A stretch of 64,000 nt of DNA. It comes from Candidatus Latescibacterota bacterium (lineage in GTDB: Bacteria; Latescibacterota; UBA2968; UBA8231). Location of the stretch: assembly GCA_965217585.1 (NCBI GenBank), contig OZ244561.1, forward strand, positions 4,160,001 to 4,224,000, read 5' to 3'. Made by a program: the position numbers and the translations under genes. The notes beneath the pieces were generated by a model, which ran no database searches, was not told the DNA's origin, and saw nothing but the letters and a program-made list of their open reading frames with translations. Below, piece by piece: positions 40,965 to 52,567 of this stretch; within the stretch, counting starts at the first letter, position 1; the number at the start of each line of letters is the position of its first letter.

Positions 40965-41266
40965 AGTGGGACAGCATCGTCGCTGGCTTGGTGGTCGCTG
41001 GGATCAACGGTGCGCTCGCGCTGGCGGTGATTCGCTGGGGATGGGGCAAGGGCATGCAGGTCTTTATGATCGCCTTCTTCGGGGGGATGATCGCGCGGTT
41101 GATCGCCGTGGCGGTCCTCTCGGTACTGGTGCTCAAATGGGCCGAGTTCCACCCCGCGAGTTACGTCACCGCGCTAGTGGCCGCGTACTTGCTTTTTCTG
41201 GTGTTTGAAATCCTTTACGTACTCAAGCTACAAGGTCGTTCAAAGCCCCGCTCTAAAAGCCCGTGA
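40961..41266 (+). CDS. ATP synthase protein I-like membrane protein
   Basis: Hydrophobic, GG..R motif, position before atpB. Confidence 0.7.
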   Translation: MKWDSIVAGLVVAGINGALALAVIRWGWGKGMQVFMIAFFGGMIARLIAVAVLSVLVLKWAEFHPASYVTALVAAYLLFLVFEILYVLKLQGRSKPRSKSP

Positions 41267-41270
41267 GGTG

Positions 41271-41299
41271 TTGACAGAAATTTGCGGCCTAATTAATTT
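41271..41299 (+). promoter_or_regulatory. Sigma70-type promoter before atpB
   Basis: TTGACA (41271-41276), 17 bp, TAATTT (41294-41299). Confidence 0.65.
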
Positions 41300-41358
41300 A
41301 TTTGGTTGATTACTGCGACAGATTCCCTCCTATTTTTAGATATTTCACAAGGCAGTAA

Positions 41359-42189
41359 ATGGCTGGCGATACGCAGGCGGCAGACGCCGCAAATGCGCAA
41401 GTGGACATCATAGGGCACATTCTAGATAGCCCTCATATCGAATTGCCCTTTGTCGATTTTCATCACCTGCTCGCAGGCAAAGTTTCCCTCCCTTCGCTAG
41501 AGCTTTTCGGCATCGACCTTTCCATCACTCGGCACGTAGTGATTATGTGGGTGGCGAGCATCCTGCTCATAGTGCTCATGCTCCGGGCCTTCCGCAAGCC
41601 GCGCACTGTGCCTTCGGGTCTGGCTAATTTCTTCGAAGCTATCGTCGTCTTCCTACGCGACGAGGTCGTATTGCCCATCATGGGCGAGGACGGCAAAAAG
41701 TATCTGCCTTTTTTGCTGACGCTGTTCTTTTTTATTCTGTTTTGCAATCTGCTGGGGCTAGTTCCCTACAGTGCTACAGCCACTGGTAACATCAGCGTCA
41801 CGGCGGGTCTGGCCCTGTGTTCCTTTTTGGTCATGTTAGGGGCCGGCATCGCCAACAACGGATTATTCGGCTACTGCAAGAGCCTGATCCCTTCTGGGGT
41901 GCCGCCGGTGCTGCTCATCATTTTGATTCCCGTAGAATTGATTGGTTTGTTGGTCAAGCCCTTCGCTTTGTGTGTGCGTCTTTTCGCCAATATGACCGGC
42001 GGCCACGTGGCGATTTTGGTCTTTTTGGGCTTGATCTCCATTCTGCAAAGTGAGTGGATCGCCATTGGCTCTGTGCCCTTTGCAGTGGCGATTTATATGC
42101 TCGAAATTTTCGTGGGATTCGTCCAAGCCTTTGTTTTTACCCTGCTATCGACGGTCTTTATTAGCATGGCTGCTCATCCAGACCATTAG
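41359..42189 (+). CDS. atpB: ATP synthase Fo subunit a
   Basis: NLLGLVP, TGNI, RLFANMTGGH, QAFVF. Confidence 0.96.
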   Translation: MAGDTQAADAANAQVDIIGHILDSPHIELPFVDFHHLLAGKVSLPSLELFGIDLSITRHVVIMWVASILLIVLMLRAFRKPRTVPSGLANFFEAIVVFLRDEVVLPIMGEDGKKYLPFLLTLFFFILFCNLLGLVPYSATATGNISVTAGLALCSFLVMLGAGIANNGLFGYCKSLIPSGVPPVLLIILIPVELIGLLVKPFALCVRLFANMTGGHVAILVFLGLISILQSEWIAIGSVPFAVAIYMLEIFVGFVQAFVFTLLSTVFISMAAHPDH

Positions 42190-42227
42190 CAGGGGTTCAC
42201 ACCGTTCACAAGAGGGAGTATTTGGCT

Positions 42228-42449
42228 ATGGAATTTGCGTATATGGGTGCCGGAATTGGCATGGGGCTTTGCGCAGTTGGCGCAGGTCTGGGCATCGGCC
42301 TTTTGGCCGGCTCGGCATTGGAGGGCATCGCCCGCCAGCCCGAAGCCGTAGGCGACATCCGCACCAATATGATCCTGGCGGCCGCTTTGGTCGAAGGCGT
42401 GGCTCTGATCGGCGAGGTGTTTTGCCTGCTGATCGTGCTGACCAAGTAG
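42228..42449 (+). CDS. atpE: ATP synthase Fo subunit c
   Basis: GAGLGIG, ARQPE, ALVEG. Confidence 0.96.
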   Translation: MEFAYMGAGIGMGLCAVGAGLGIGLLAGSALEGIARQPEAVGDIRTNMILAAALVEGVALIGEVFCLLIVLTK

Positions 42450-42459
42450 TACAAGTCTT

Positions 42460-42951
42460 ATGTTACTTGATCCCCATGAGGGGCTCATAATATGGACGAT
42501 CATCACCTTTTTGGTGGTGCTGCTCGTCCTCAAAAAGTTCGCTTGGCCCCAGCTTTTGGCGTCCCTCGACGAGCGCGAGAAACGCATCAGCGATGCGCTC
42601 GCCGCGGCCGAGCAGGCGCGCCAAGAGGCCGAAGAGGTCTTACAGGAGCATCGGCAGAAGATCGCCGCCGCCGAGGAAGAGGCGCGGAAGATCGTCGCCG
42701 CGGCTCGCGAGGCCGGGGCAAACGTGCGGCAGACAATCGTCTCCCAAGCGCGGGAAGAGGCGGAGCGGATGCTCGACCAAGCGCGGACCAGTATCGAAAG
42801 CGAGAAACGCACCGCCATCGCCGAGTTGCGGCGCGAGACGGCCAATCTCGCGGTCCAAGCCGCTGGCGTGCTGATCGACGCCAATTTGGACGACGAGAAA
42901 AACCGCAGCCTCGTCGACGATTTGATCGCCAGAATTCCCGAATCCAATTGA
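42460..42951 (+). CDS. atpF: ATP synthase Fo subunit b
   Basis: TM then KFAW...LDERE coiled coil. Confidence 0.95.
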   Translation: MLLDPHEGLIIWTIITFLVVLLVLKKFAWPQLLASLDEREKRISDALAAAEQARQEAEEVLQEHRQKIAAAEEEARKIVAAAREAGANVRQTIVSQAREEAERMLDQARTSIESEKRTAIAELRRETANLAVQAAGVLIDANLDDEKNRSLVDDLIARIPESN

Positions 42952-42973
42952 ACGCCACCGTGCGAGCAGGACA

Positions 42974-43510
42974 ATGAACGCACCCGAAGTAGTGCGACGC
43001 TACGCGATTACGCTGTTGGAAGCCGCCGATGAAACGGGCGCGACCACGGCAGTGCAGCGCGACGTCGAGCGGCTTTTGGATACTGTGCGCCAATCCGACG
43101 AGTTGGTCGAGTTTTTGTCCAACCCCCTAGCCGATAGCCAAGCTCAAGCCAATGTTCTGCGGGAGCTTTTCAGCGGCAAGCTCGAGGTGCTGACTCTGAA
43201 TTTTCTCCGGCTCATGGCGGTCAGGGGCCGCGCCTCTATCGTCGGCGCGGCACTCGGAAATTTTCTCGATCAGGTCGCCGAGCGCGAGGGCATAATCGGC
43301 GCTGAGGTGCGCTCGGCCGTGGCGTTGAGCGAGGAGCAGTGCCAGCGCCTGCAAGCGCGCTTAGAGCACCACAGCGGTCGCAAAGTGCGCTTGGATGTCC
43401 AAGTCGATACTAGCCTGCGGGGCGGCGCGGTCGTCCGCGTCGGCGACACAGTATTCGACGGCAGTGTGAACACCTATCTAGAGCGCCTACAAGCGCGTCT
43501 GGCCGGTTAG
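42974..43510 (+). CDS. atpH: ATP synthase F1 delta
   Basis: RRYA, VDxSLxGG..VGD.VFDGS. Confidence 0.95.
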   Translation: MNAPEVVRRYAITLLEAADETGATTAVQRDVERLLDTVRQSDELVEFLSNPLADSQAQANVLRELFSGKLEVLTLNFLRLMAVRGRASIVGAALGNFLDQVAEREGIIGAEVRSAVALSEEQCQRLQARLEHHSGRKVRLDVQVDTSLRGGAVVRVGDTVFDGSVNTYLERLQARLAG

Positions 43511-43525
43511 TCAGCAGGAGGATCT

Positions 43526-45052
43526 ATGGCCACCGAAGCGATAGTTCAGCCCGATGAGATTTCGCAAATTCTCAAGCAACAACTACTGGGCTTTGAAAAA
43601 GAAATAGACATATACGAGACGGGTACGGTGCTCTATGTCGGCGATGGCACGGCTCGCGTCCACGGTCTGAGCAACGTGCGGGCCACCGAATTGGTGGAAT
43701 TCCCCCACGGCATCATGGGCATGGCCCTCAACCTCGAAGCAGACAACGTCGGCTGTGTGCTCTTTGGCGAGGACACCCTGATCAACGAAGGCGACAAAGT
43801 AAAGCGCACCGGCCGCATCGTCGAAGTGCCCGTGGGCGAGGCCCTCTTGGGCCGGGTCGTCAATCCCTTGGGCGTGCCCATTGACGGCAAGGGCGACATC
43901 GAGGCTGACGAGAGCTTGCCGGTCGAGCGCAAAGCCCCGGGCGTCATCGACCGCCAGCCGGTTACCGAGGCCCTGCAGACGGGTATTAAAATCATCGACT
44001 CGACCGTGCCCATCGGCCGCGGTCAGCGCGAGCTGATCATCGGCGATCGCCAGACCGGCAAGACGGCCATTGCCGTTGACACCATCATCAACCAGCACGA
44101 CCAAGACGTCAAATGCATCTACGTGGCTATCGGTCAGAAGGCCTCGACCGTGGCTAAGGTGGTGGCCGAATTGGAGGCCAACGGCGCGCTCGACTACACC
44201 ATCGTCGTCTCGGCCACCGCGTCCGACCCAGCGCCCTTGCAGTTCCTCTCACCGTACGCAGGCGCCTCGATGGGTGAGTATTTCCGCGACCGCGGCCAAC
44301 ACGCGCTCATCATTTACGACGACTTGTCCAAGCAGGCTTGGGCCTACCGCGAAATGTCCTTGATTTTGCGCCGCCCGCCCGGGCGCGAAGCCTATCCTGG
44401 CGACGTGTTCTACTTGCATTCGCGGCTCTTGGAGCGCGCGGCCAAGATGAGCGACGACAAGGGCGGAGGGTCGCTGACGGCGCTGCCGGTAATCGAAATT
44501 CTCGAAGGCGATGTATCGACTTTTGTGCCGACCAATGTCATCTCGATCACCGATGGCCAGATCCTGCTCAAGCCCGAGCTGTTCTATTCGGGCAACCGCC
44601 CGGCCATGGACGTGGGGGCCTCGGTGTCGCGAGTGGGGTCGGCCGCGCAGACCAAGGCCATCAAGGGCGTGGCCAGGACCATCAAGGGCGACATTTCCCG
44701 CTACAACGAAGTCAAGGCCTTCGCCCAGTTCGGCACGTCGGATCTGGATCAATCCACGCGCAATCTGCTCAACCGCGGCGAGAAGCTGATGGAGCTGCTC
44801 AAGCAAGGGCAATACCGGCCGCAATCGCTCGCGGAATTGACGGTCTCGCTGTTCATCATAGATCACGTGCTCGACCTGCCTACGGCCGACGTGAGCCGCT
44901 TTGAGGAAGAGCTGCTAACGCACCTGCGCGATCACCAGTCCGCGCTCATGGACGAAATTGGCAAGACCCGCGATCTGAGCGACGAGACCAAGGCCCAGCT
45001 AGACGCCGCCATTGCGGAGTTCAAGGGTCGCTTCCGTCCTTCCGAGGAATAG
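43526..45052 (+). CDS. atpA: ATP synthase F1 alpha
   Basis: [29 protein letters not shown]. Confidence 0.98.
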   Translation: MATEAIVQPDEISQILKQQLLGFEKEIDIYETGTVLYVGDGTARVHGLSNVRATELVEFPHGIMGMALNLEADNVGCVLFGEDTLINEGDKVKRTGRIVEVPVGEALLGRVVNPLGVPIDGKGDIEADESLPVERKAPGVIDRQPVTEALQTGIKIIDSTVPIGRGQRELIIGDRQTGKTAIAVDTIINQHDQDVKCIYVAIGQKASTVAKVVAELEANGALDYTIVVSATASDPAPLQFLSPYAGASMGEYFRDRGQHALIIYDDLSKQAWAYREMSLILRRPPGREAYPGDVFYLHSRLLERAAKMSDDKGGGSLTALPVIEILEGDVSTFVPTNVISITDGQILLKPELFYSGNRPAMDVGASVSRVGSAAQTKAIKGVARTIKGDISRYNEVKAFAQFGTSDLDQSTRNLLNRGEKLMELLKQGQYRPQSLAELTVSLFIIDHVLDLPTADVSRFEEELLTHLRDHQSALMDEIGKTRDLSDETKAQLDAAIAEFKGRFRPSEE

Positions 45053-45060
45053 GCTGAGCT

Positions 45061-47338
<2,278 letters not shown>

Positions 47339-47341
47339 TCC

Positions 47342-47749
47342 ATGCCCGCCTTCGCCTTAGAGGTCGTCACTCCAGAGCGGGTGGCCTACTCGGGGCAGGT
47401 CACCAGCCTGCAAGCGCCCGGCAGTGAGGGGAGTTTTGGCGTCCTCGCCGGACACATACCGCTTTTGACCGGATTGCAGATCGGGCAGTTGCGCTTTGTC
47501 GAGGAGGACGGTAGTGAGGTCCAAGTGGCCATCAGCGGTGGTTTTGTCGAGGTCGGGCGCGAGCAAGTCGCGGTGCTAGCCGAGACCGCCGAACGCATCG
47601 AGGAAATCGACGTTGAGCGGGCTGAGTCTTCGCGCCAGCGCGCTGAGGAACGCCTCGCCCAGGCGCGTGCCGGGCAAGAGGAGATCGACGCAGCGCGCGC
47701 CGAAGCGGCGCTGGCGCGCGCCATCAATCGCCTCCGCACGCACGAGTAA
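47342..47749 (+). CDS. atpC: ATP synthase F1 epsilon
   Basis: VVTPE, GSFGVLAGH, GGFVEV, C-terminal helices. Confidence 0.96.
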   Translation: MPAFALEVVTPERVAYSGQVTSLQAPGSEGSFGVLAGHIPLLTGLQIGQLRFVEEDGSEVQVAISGGFVEVGREQVAVLAETAERIEEIDVERAESSRQRAEERLAQARAGQEEIDAARAEAALARAINRLRTHE

Positions 47750-47799
47750 ATTTTTATAGGAGTACCTGCAAAGCAAAAGGCACTGGGGTGCCCTGCCCA

Positions 47800-48498
47800 T
47801 TAGAGGTTCACCACGGTCGTCGATCCGTAGAGCTGGGCCAATTCCCGGGGACTCAGTTCGAAGACCTCCTTGAAATCAGACTCGTCGACGTGAGCCTTAA
47901 CGCCGAGCAGAACGGATATTCTTCCATGAACCGATCTTGAAAGAATGGCGTGGGTTCGCGCCAGATGCGATTCAACCTGAAATGGAGCTTTCGGCTTGTG
48001 CTGGTGCTCCATCAGATGCGCCAGTCCAAGGGTTTGATACTCTGACAACAGGATCGGCGCGCTCACTACGAGACGAATGGCGCTGGACAACATGGACTTT
48101 GCCTCGCCGCCGCGCGCAAATGGGCGCAGAACTCTTAGCTGGTCAGCGTCGTAGTGAGGTCGCAGGAGTGCTTTGAAAGCCTGCAATTGCCTGGCATCTC
48201 TGGCGACTACGTGGATGCATTCGGTATTTGTGATTGCTCGGTGAACCTGTCGCATCAATTCGACAACCGCCACCAGCCGCGACCAGTTCCTCTGTCCGAA
48301 TTCGCGCGCGATGGCCAACTGGGCGTCCTGAAGCGATAATATCCCCTCCCTGTTGGAGTCGGCTTGAAGATAGCGGGGATGGTGTTTGCGAATGCGCTCG
48401 GCAGCTTCGCGGTCACCCGCTCTGTGCTGGTGAAGCAACTCCTTGGCGAGTTTTCTAATTTGCTGCAGGTCGGGACTGGGAGGAAGGCTTGCAGACAT
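47800..48498 (-). CDS. Hypothetical protein with N-terminal helical module of the type seen on ankyrin-repeat proteins
   Basis: LPPSPDLQQIRKLAKELL...LQDAQLAIAREFGQRNWSRL; gaggg RBS before ATG 48498. Confidence 0.7.
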   Translation of the reverse strand: MSASLPPSPDLQQIRKLAKELLHQHRAGDREAAERIRKHHPRYLQADSNREGILSLQDAQLAIAREFGQRNWSRLVAVVELMRQVHRAITNTECIHVVARDARQLQAFKALLRPHYDADQLRVLRPFARGGEAKSMLSSAIRLVVSAPILLSEYQTLGLAHLMEHQHKPKAPFQVESHLARTHAILSRSVHGRISVLLGVKAHVDESDFKEVFELSPRELAQLYGSTTVVNL

Positions 48499-48634
48499 GG
48501 TACCCTCTTTCGTTTTCGTGCCTGTAATCCGCGAAGTCAGGCGAAAGAAGGTCGAAATTGTGGAATGAAGGGGTGGGTCTGGGACCCTTACCGCGGACGG
48601 GAAGGCCTTCCTGGGGCGCTTGTGGAAAAGATAG

Positions 48635-49135
48635 TTGCGTAAAGGCCACAGCGTCAAGGAAATGCTCAAAGTCACCTACGGCCCGGCGGAACGCAAAGAC
48701 GGGATTATCGATGGCGAGGGTAACAAGAGCCCTTGGTACGAAACGGCCAAGCGGATCAACTGGGAGATCCAGAATATGGGCAACCTCTTGTTGGCGTTGG
48801 CCTCCACCGCGGTCTTCCATACCTCGCCTCAGCCGCAGGGCACGACGTGGATCTACGAAGGCCATGGCGGACTAATTAGCTGCCTAGGCGCACCGGCCCT
48901 GCTCGGGTTCTTCGATGGTCCGAACGGCCGCAAGTTCCTGATGGTGGTGAACCGCGACCCGATGAAGGCCGCGGAATTGACCCTCACCTTTGCTGACGAC
49001 GTCGCCGCGGTAGCCGAAGTCGACCGGTCGCAACCGGACGGGGATGTCCGGCCCCTCGACGTAGTGGACGGCAAACTCAACATGACCCTGCAGGATGGCG
49101 ACGGGCGGCGATTGGAACTGAAGAGAAGAAATTGA
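48635..49135 (+). pseudogene. C-terminal remnant of a larger (possibly glycoside hydrolase-like) protein
   Basis: No convincing start or RBS; GIIDxxGxKSPWY...INxE...LLGFF...FLMVVNRD looks like the end of a catalytic domain plus a beta-sandwich. Confidence 0.4.
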
Positions 49136-49162
49136 TGCGGATCGCCCCCCCAGCGGCTGGGA

Positions 49163-52100
49163 TCAAGGCCGGGGCTCTGTTGTGCTTCGTTCCCTGAGCC
49201 AGGAGATGACGGCGAATATGACGGGAACGAGGCCGAAGAGGATCATTAGGATGCCGTTGATCTTCCATACGTGGGCATCGAATTCGAGGTACCGAATGCC
49301 CACGAACAGGATGGAACTCCAGCCTCCTACGACGTAGAAGAGTAGGTTGAAGCGGATATACCTCAGGATGAGGAAAGCCGAGATCAGCCAAGAGGGACTG
49401 CTCAGCGCGAGGAGTACGCTTGCGTGGTAGAGGTCCTTGGCTGGCGAGACGACGGATTGGAAGATGAGAACGACGAAGACGCCGAGGATCATCAGGTTTG
49501 TCCTGCCCAGGATTCGCCACCAGACAAAGAGAAGGCCGAGGATTACAATGGGGCCGAGCATACCGCTGAATTCGTCGACGAGTTCACCGAGCGCGGGCAG
49601 ATAGGTGTTGACGTTGGCGGGCACACCGCCGCCTGCGAAGAGGTAGTCCGTCAGATAGGTGAGACGTACGTGAGTGGAGAGAACGCCGGTGCCTCTTTTT
49701 ATGCCGGAATAGCACGCTACCAGAAAAACGACCTGCCACCACAGTGTCGCGCTGCCCGCTTTTAGGCGGAGCACATCGATCCAGTCGGAGATGCGCATCT
49801 CTCTGGGACGCTCTAGGCGGTATAGCGTATCTCCGAGGGCACAGACCAACAGGGCGAGGATGGCCGCAACAACGAGGGCCAGAACGACACCGACAAGCTC
49901 GCCAAGAAGGAAGGTACCCATGACCTCAGTGGTGTCATAACCTCGGTAGAATGTGGGCAGTTCGTTGAGATCCTCAAGTAGGAAACACAGGCCAAAGAGG
50001 ATGCCGACGCAGATGGGCAATCGCCACTCGACTAGCCCGTTCCGATAGGCGCGTAGTAAGTAAATGACGGCTAGGACGAGGGTGACGATGACAGCGATGG
50101 TGGGGAGGGTGGAGACAATGGTGCTCTTTGCAGTCTTCTCTCCTAGTTTGCGCAAAAATTCCTCGGGTGCCTTGTAGGCCTTGTACGCACGGCCGATCCG
50201 GTCGCCCTGTACAGAGGCGACGATGCGAAACTCGCCCTCTTCCACCTTGACGTCCATGCGTTCCCACACAAAGCTGTGGTCCATCCGGTTCTCACGCTTA
50301 AAGGACCGTGCTTCGAGACGCTTGTAGAGCGTCGTATCGGCCACGTCCCGGTTCAGGTGTTGGCGCAGGAAGGCCTCGGCCACTTCCTGTGCCTCTTCGA
50401 TGGTGAGCTCTGCACCCTCTTGACCCTCGGGCACGGCATGAGAGATGTAGGAGAGGTCGCCGTGGCCGTCGACGCTGATGGTGAGCTCTTCTTTCTCGAG
50501 AGGCTTGAACCATCGCACGCTCCAGCGCCACGAGTTCGTGTGCTCTGCCGCGAGCGTGTCCGCCCGCGCCGCATCGACGTTTCGCAGCAGGTGTGTAAAG
50601 TGATTGGAACCGAGACTGCTCGAGAATGAGGTGGTGCGGCGATAGTCTTTGAGGTCGAGTCCGAGCTGCCCCCGAATCCCTTCGGCAATCTCGATGGCCT
50701 GCGCACGGGTGGGGACCTTTTCGCGTGCGTATTCAGCGAAAGCCCGCGGTTCGTAAGCGAAGTATGCGGACCAGCCCAACAGACCGAGGATGCCAAAGAC
50801 GAGGAGACCCTTGCTGGAAATGAGGTAGTCAGAGGGCCTCTTTCGTTCGATCGGAGGTTCAGGCGGCTCCGCGGGAAGGGCAGATGGGGGGGATACGGTC
50901 TTTGGTGCCTCCGGAGCGGGTTCAGGGGGCGCGTCCTCGTAGCGGCCGCGGACGGCGCTCCAGATGGCGGGAAGGGCCGGGATGGAGATGATGGCGACAG
51001 CGAGGATGCCCGAGATCTTGAAGTAGAGGCTGTCGGACTGCACCATGGGATAGACGCCGAGAAAGCAGTTATACACATAGTGGGAGATGATGGTCGCCCA
51101 GACGCCGAAGCGCAGGAAGACTATGCCGAAGAGGACTCCCACGATGGTCAGTTCCAAGCCGCGGATGTAGATCGGTTCCTGCGGATAGTCGGCGTGGAGG
51201 AAGGCCCACATCGCAGCGGAAACGAGAAGGGCCAACCAGCTTCTCTTCAGCCAGCGAAGGAGGAGGGAGATGGCCACCAGCCGGAAGAGGAACTCCTCCG
51301 TGGTGGCCGCTACTAGACCCGTCAGAAGGGGATATATCCAGGGCAGGTACGTGCTGTAGGCATTGCTGTACTGGGTCATGGCGGCAGGCGACCAAACCCC
51401 GAGGTAGTCGTTGCCCAGAATGTAGAAGAGGGTGACGTAACCCAAGTGGGCAAATGCTAGGCCATAACCGACAAGGGTGACGCGTGCAAAGCCCGCCGAC
51501 CGCCAGCGCCGCAGGGAAACCCGCTCCAAGGGATTACTCCAGTCTCTTACGTCCTGCGCGGCGGTGCCGCCTGCCGTGCCGCACACGGCGACGATGAAGG
51601 CCACGAGAACGGCACCGAGGAGACCAGTAAAGATGAAGTTGAGAATGAAGGAGACATAGGACTGCATGGTGTTGTATCCGAACAGACTGAGCGGATAGCC
51701 ATTGATAGATCCGAGGAAGGAGGCGGCTCCCACGAAGATGCCGATGGACACGGCGACGCGCCACGTGAGTGCGCGCTGGCGATACTTGCGCACTAGGACG
51801 ACGATCATGGCAATGGCCAGTGCGAAGGCGAACCCTCCGGCGACCTTGGCGAGCAGACCAGCGCGAGCGCGGATCTCGCGGTAGTCGCGCGAGAAGGTCT
51901 CGGGTACCTTGAGGTATTCGGAGAAGCTGCCCACTCTGTCCCCTTGGACCGTGACGCGCAGGCGGTAGTGTCCATCATCGCCGACGACGAAGTCCCTCTT
52001 GCGGTAGGTGAAGGTGTGGTCCCTCCGCTTGGGGCGGTCGATGCTGGAGGCCTCAATGGGTTCGTAGGCGTCAAGTGAGAAACCCTGAACATCGGTGAGG

Positions 52101-52567
52101 AAGGCCTCGGCTGTGTGCCGGGCATCCTCTTCTGAGAGGCTGATGCCTTCGTCGGACTCGAGGATGCTGTGGGTAAACCCTACGATGCGCCCGCCGGGAT
52201 CGATGCGGACGCGGAGTTCTTCCTTCTGCAGCGGTTTGAAATAGCGGATGTGCCAATACCATACCGAGACCCACTCCCGCACGAGGCGGTTGGCCTCGGC
52301 CAAGCCCAGAGTGCGTTCGAGAAAGATCTGGGGCAGGCTGGCATGGGAGAAGACTTGAGCACTCTCGTATTCGGTGGGGTCGTAGCCGAGGCGGTGGAGA
52401 TATGCTTCGGCAGCCTGATAGGCCTGTTCGCGGTCTACCCGAAAGTTAAGTGAGGCAACGGGAAAGGCCCGGTCGAAGAACTGGACATAACAGGCGAGGC
52501 CGAGAGCGCCTGAGATCAGGAAGGAAAGAATCCACACCGCATCGCGTCGGGTCATGGTGTCCCCCAC
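49163..52567 (-). CDS. CPBP (Abi/CAAX) intramembrane glutamic protease, internally duplicated
   Basis: EEFLFR, WAFLH, HYVYN in the first half; two copies of an extracytoplasmic domain (FKPLQKEEL / FKPLEKEEL; VQGDRV / VQGDRI). Confidence 0.85.
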   Translation of the reverse strand: MGDTMTRRDAVWILSFLISGALGLACYVQFFDRAFPVASLNFRVDREQAYQAAEAYLHRLGYDPTEYESAQVFSHASLPQIFLERTLGLAEANRLVREWVSVWYWHIRYFKPLQKEELRVRIDPGGRIVGFTHSILESDEGISLSEEDARHTAEAFLTDVQGFSLDAYEPIEASSIDRPKRRDHTFTYRKRDFVVGDDGHYRLRVTVQGDRVGSFSEYLKVPETFSRDYREIRARAGLLAKVAGGFAFALAIAMIVVLVRKYRQRALTWRVAVSIGIFVGAASFLGSINGYPLSLFGYNTMQSYVSFILNFIFTGLLGAVLVAFIVAVCGTAGGTAAQDVRDWSNPLERVSLRRWRSAGFARVTLVGYGLAFAHLGYVTLFYILGNDYLGVWSPAAMTQYSNAYSTYLPWIYPLLTGLVAATTEEFLFRLVAISLLLRWLKRSWLALLVSAAMWAFLHADYPQEPIYIRGLELTIVGVLFGIVFLRFGVWATIISHYVYNCFLGVYPMVQSDSLYFKISGILAVAIISIPALPAIWSAVRGRYEDAPPEPAPEAPKTVSPPSALPAEPPEPPIERKRPSDYLISSKGLLVFGILGLLGWSAYFAYEPRAFAEYAREKVPTRAQAIEIAEGIRGQLGLDLKDYRRTTSFSSSLGSNHFTHLLRNVDAARADTLAAEHTNSWRWSVRWFKPLEKEELTISVDGHGDLSYISHAVPEGQEGAELTIEEAQEVAEAFLRQHLNRDVADTTLYKRLEARSFKRENRMDHSFVWERMDVKVEEGEFRIVASVQGDRIGRAYKAYKAPEEFLRKLGEKTAKSTIVSTLPTIAVIVTLVLAVIYLLRAYRNGLVEWRLPICVGILFGLCFLLEDLNELPTFYRGYDTTEVMGTFLLGELVGVVLALVVAAILALLVCALGDTLYRLERPREMRISDWIDVLRLKAGSATLWWQVVFLVACYSGIKRGTGVLSTHVRLTYLTDYLFAGGGVPANVNTYLPALGELVDEFSGMLGPIVILGLLFVWWRILGRTNLMILGVFVVLIFQSVVSPAKDLYHASVLLALSSPSWLISAFLILRYIRFNLLFYVVGGWSSILFVGIRYLEFDAHVWKINGILMILFGLVPVIFAVISWLRERSTTEPRP

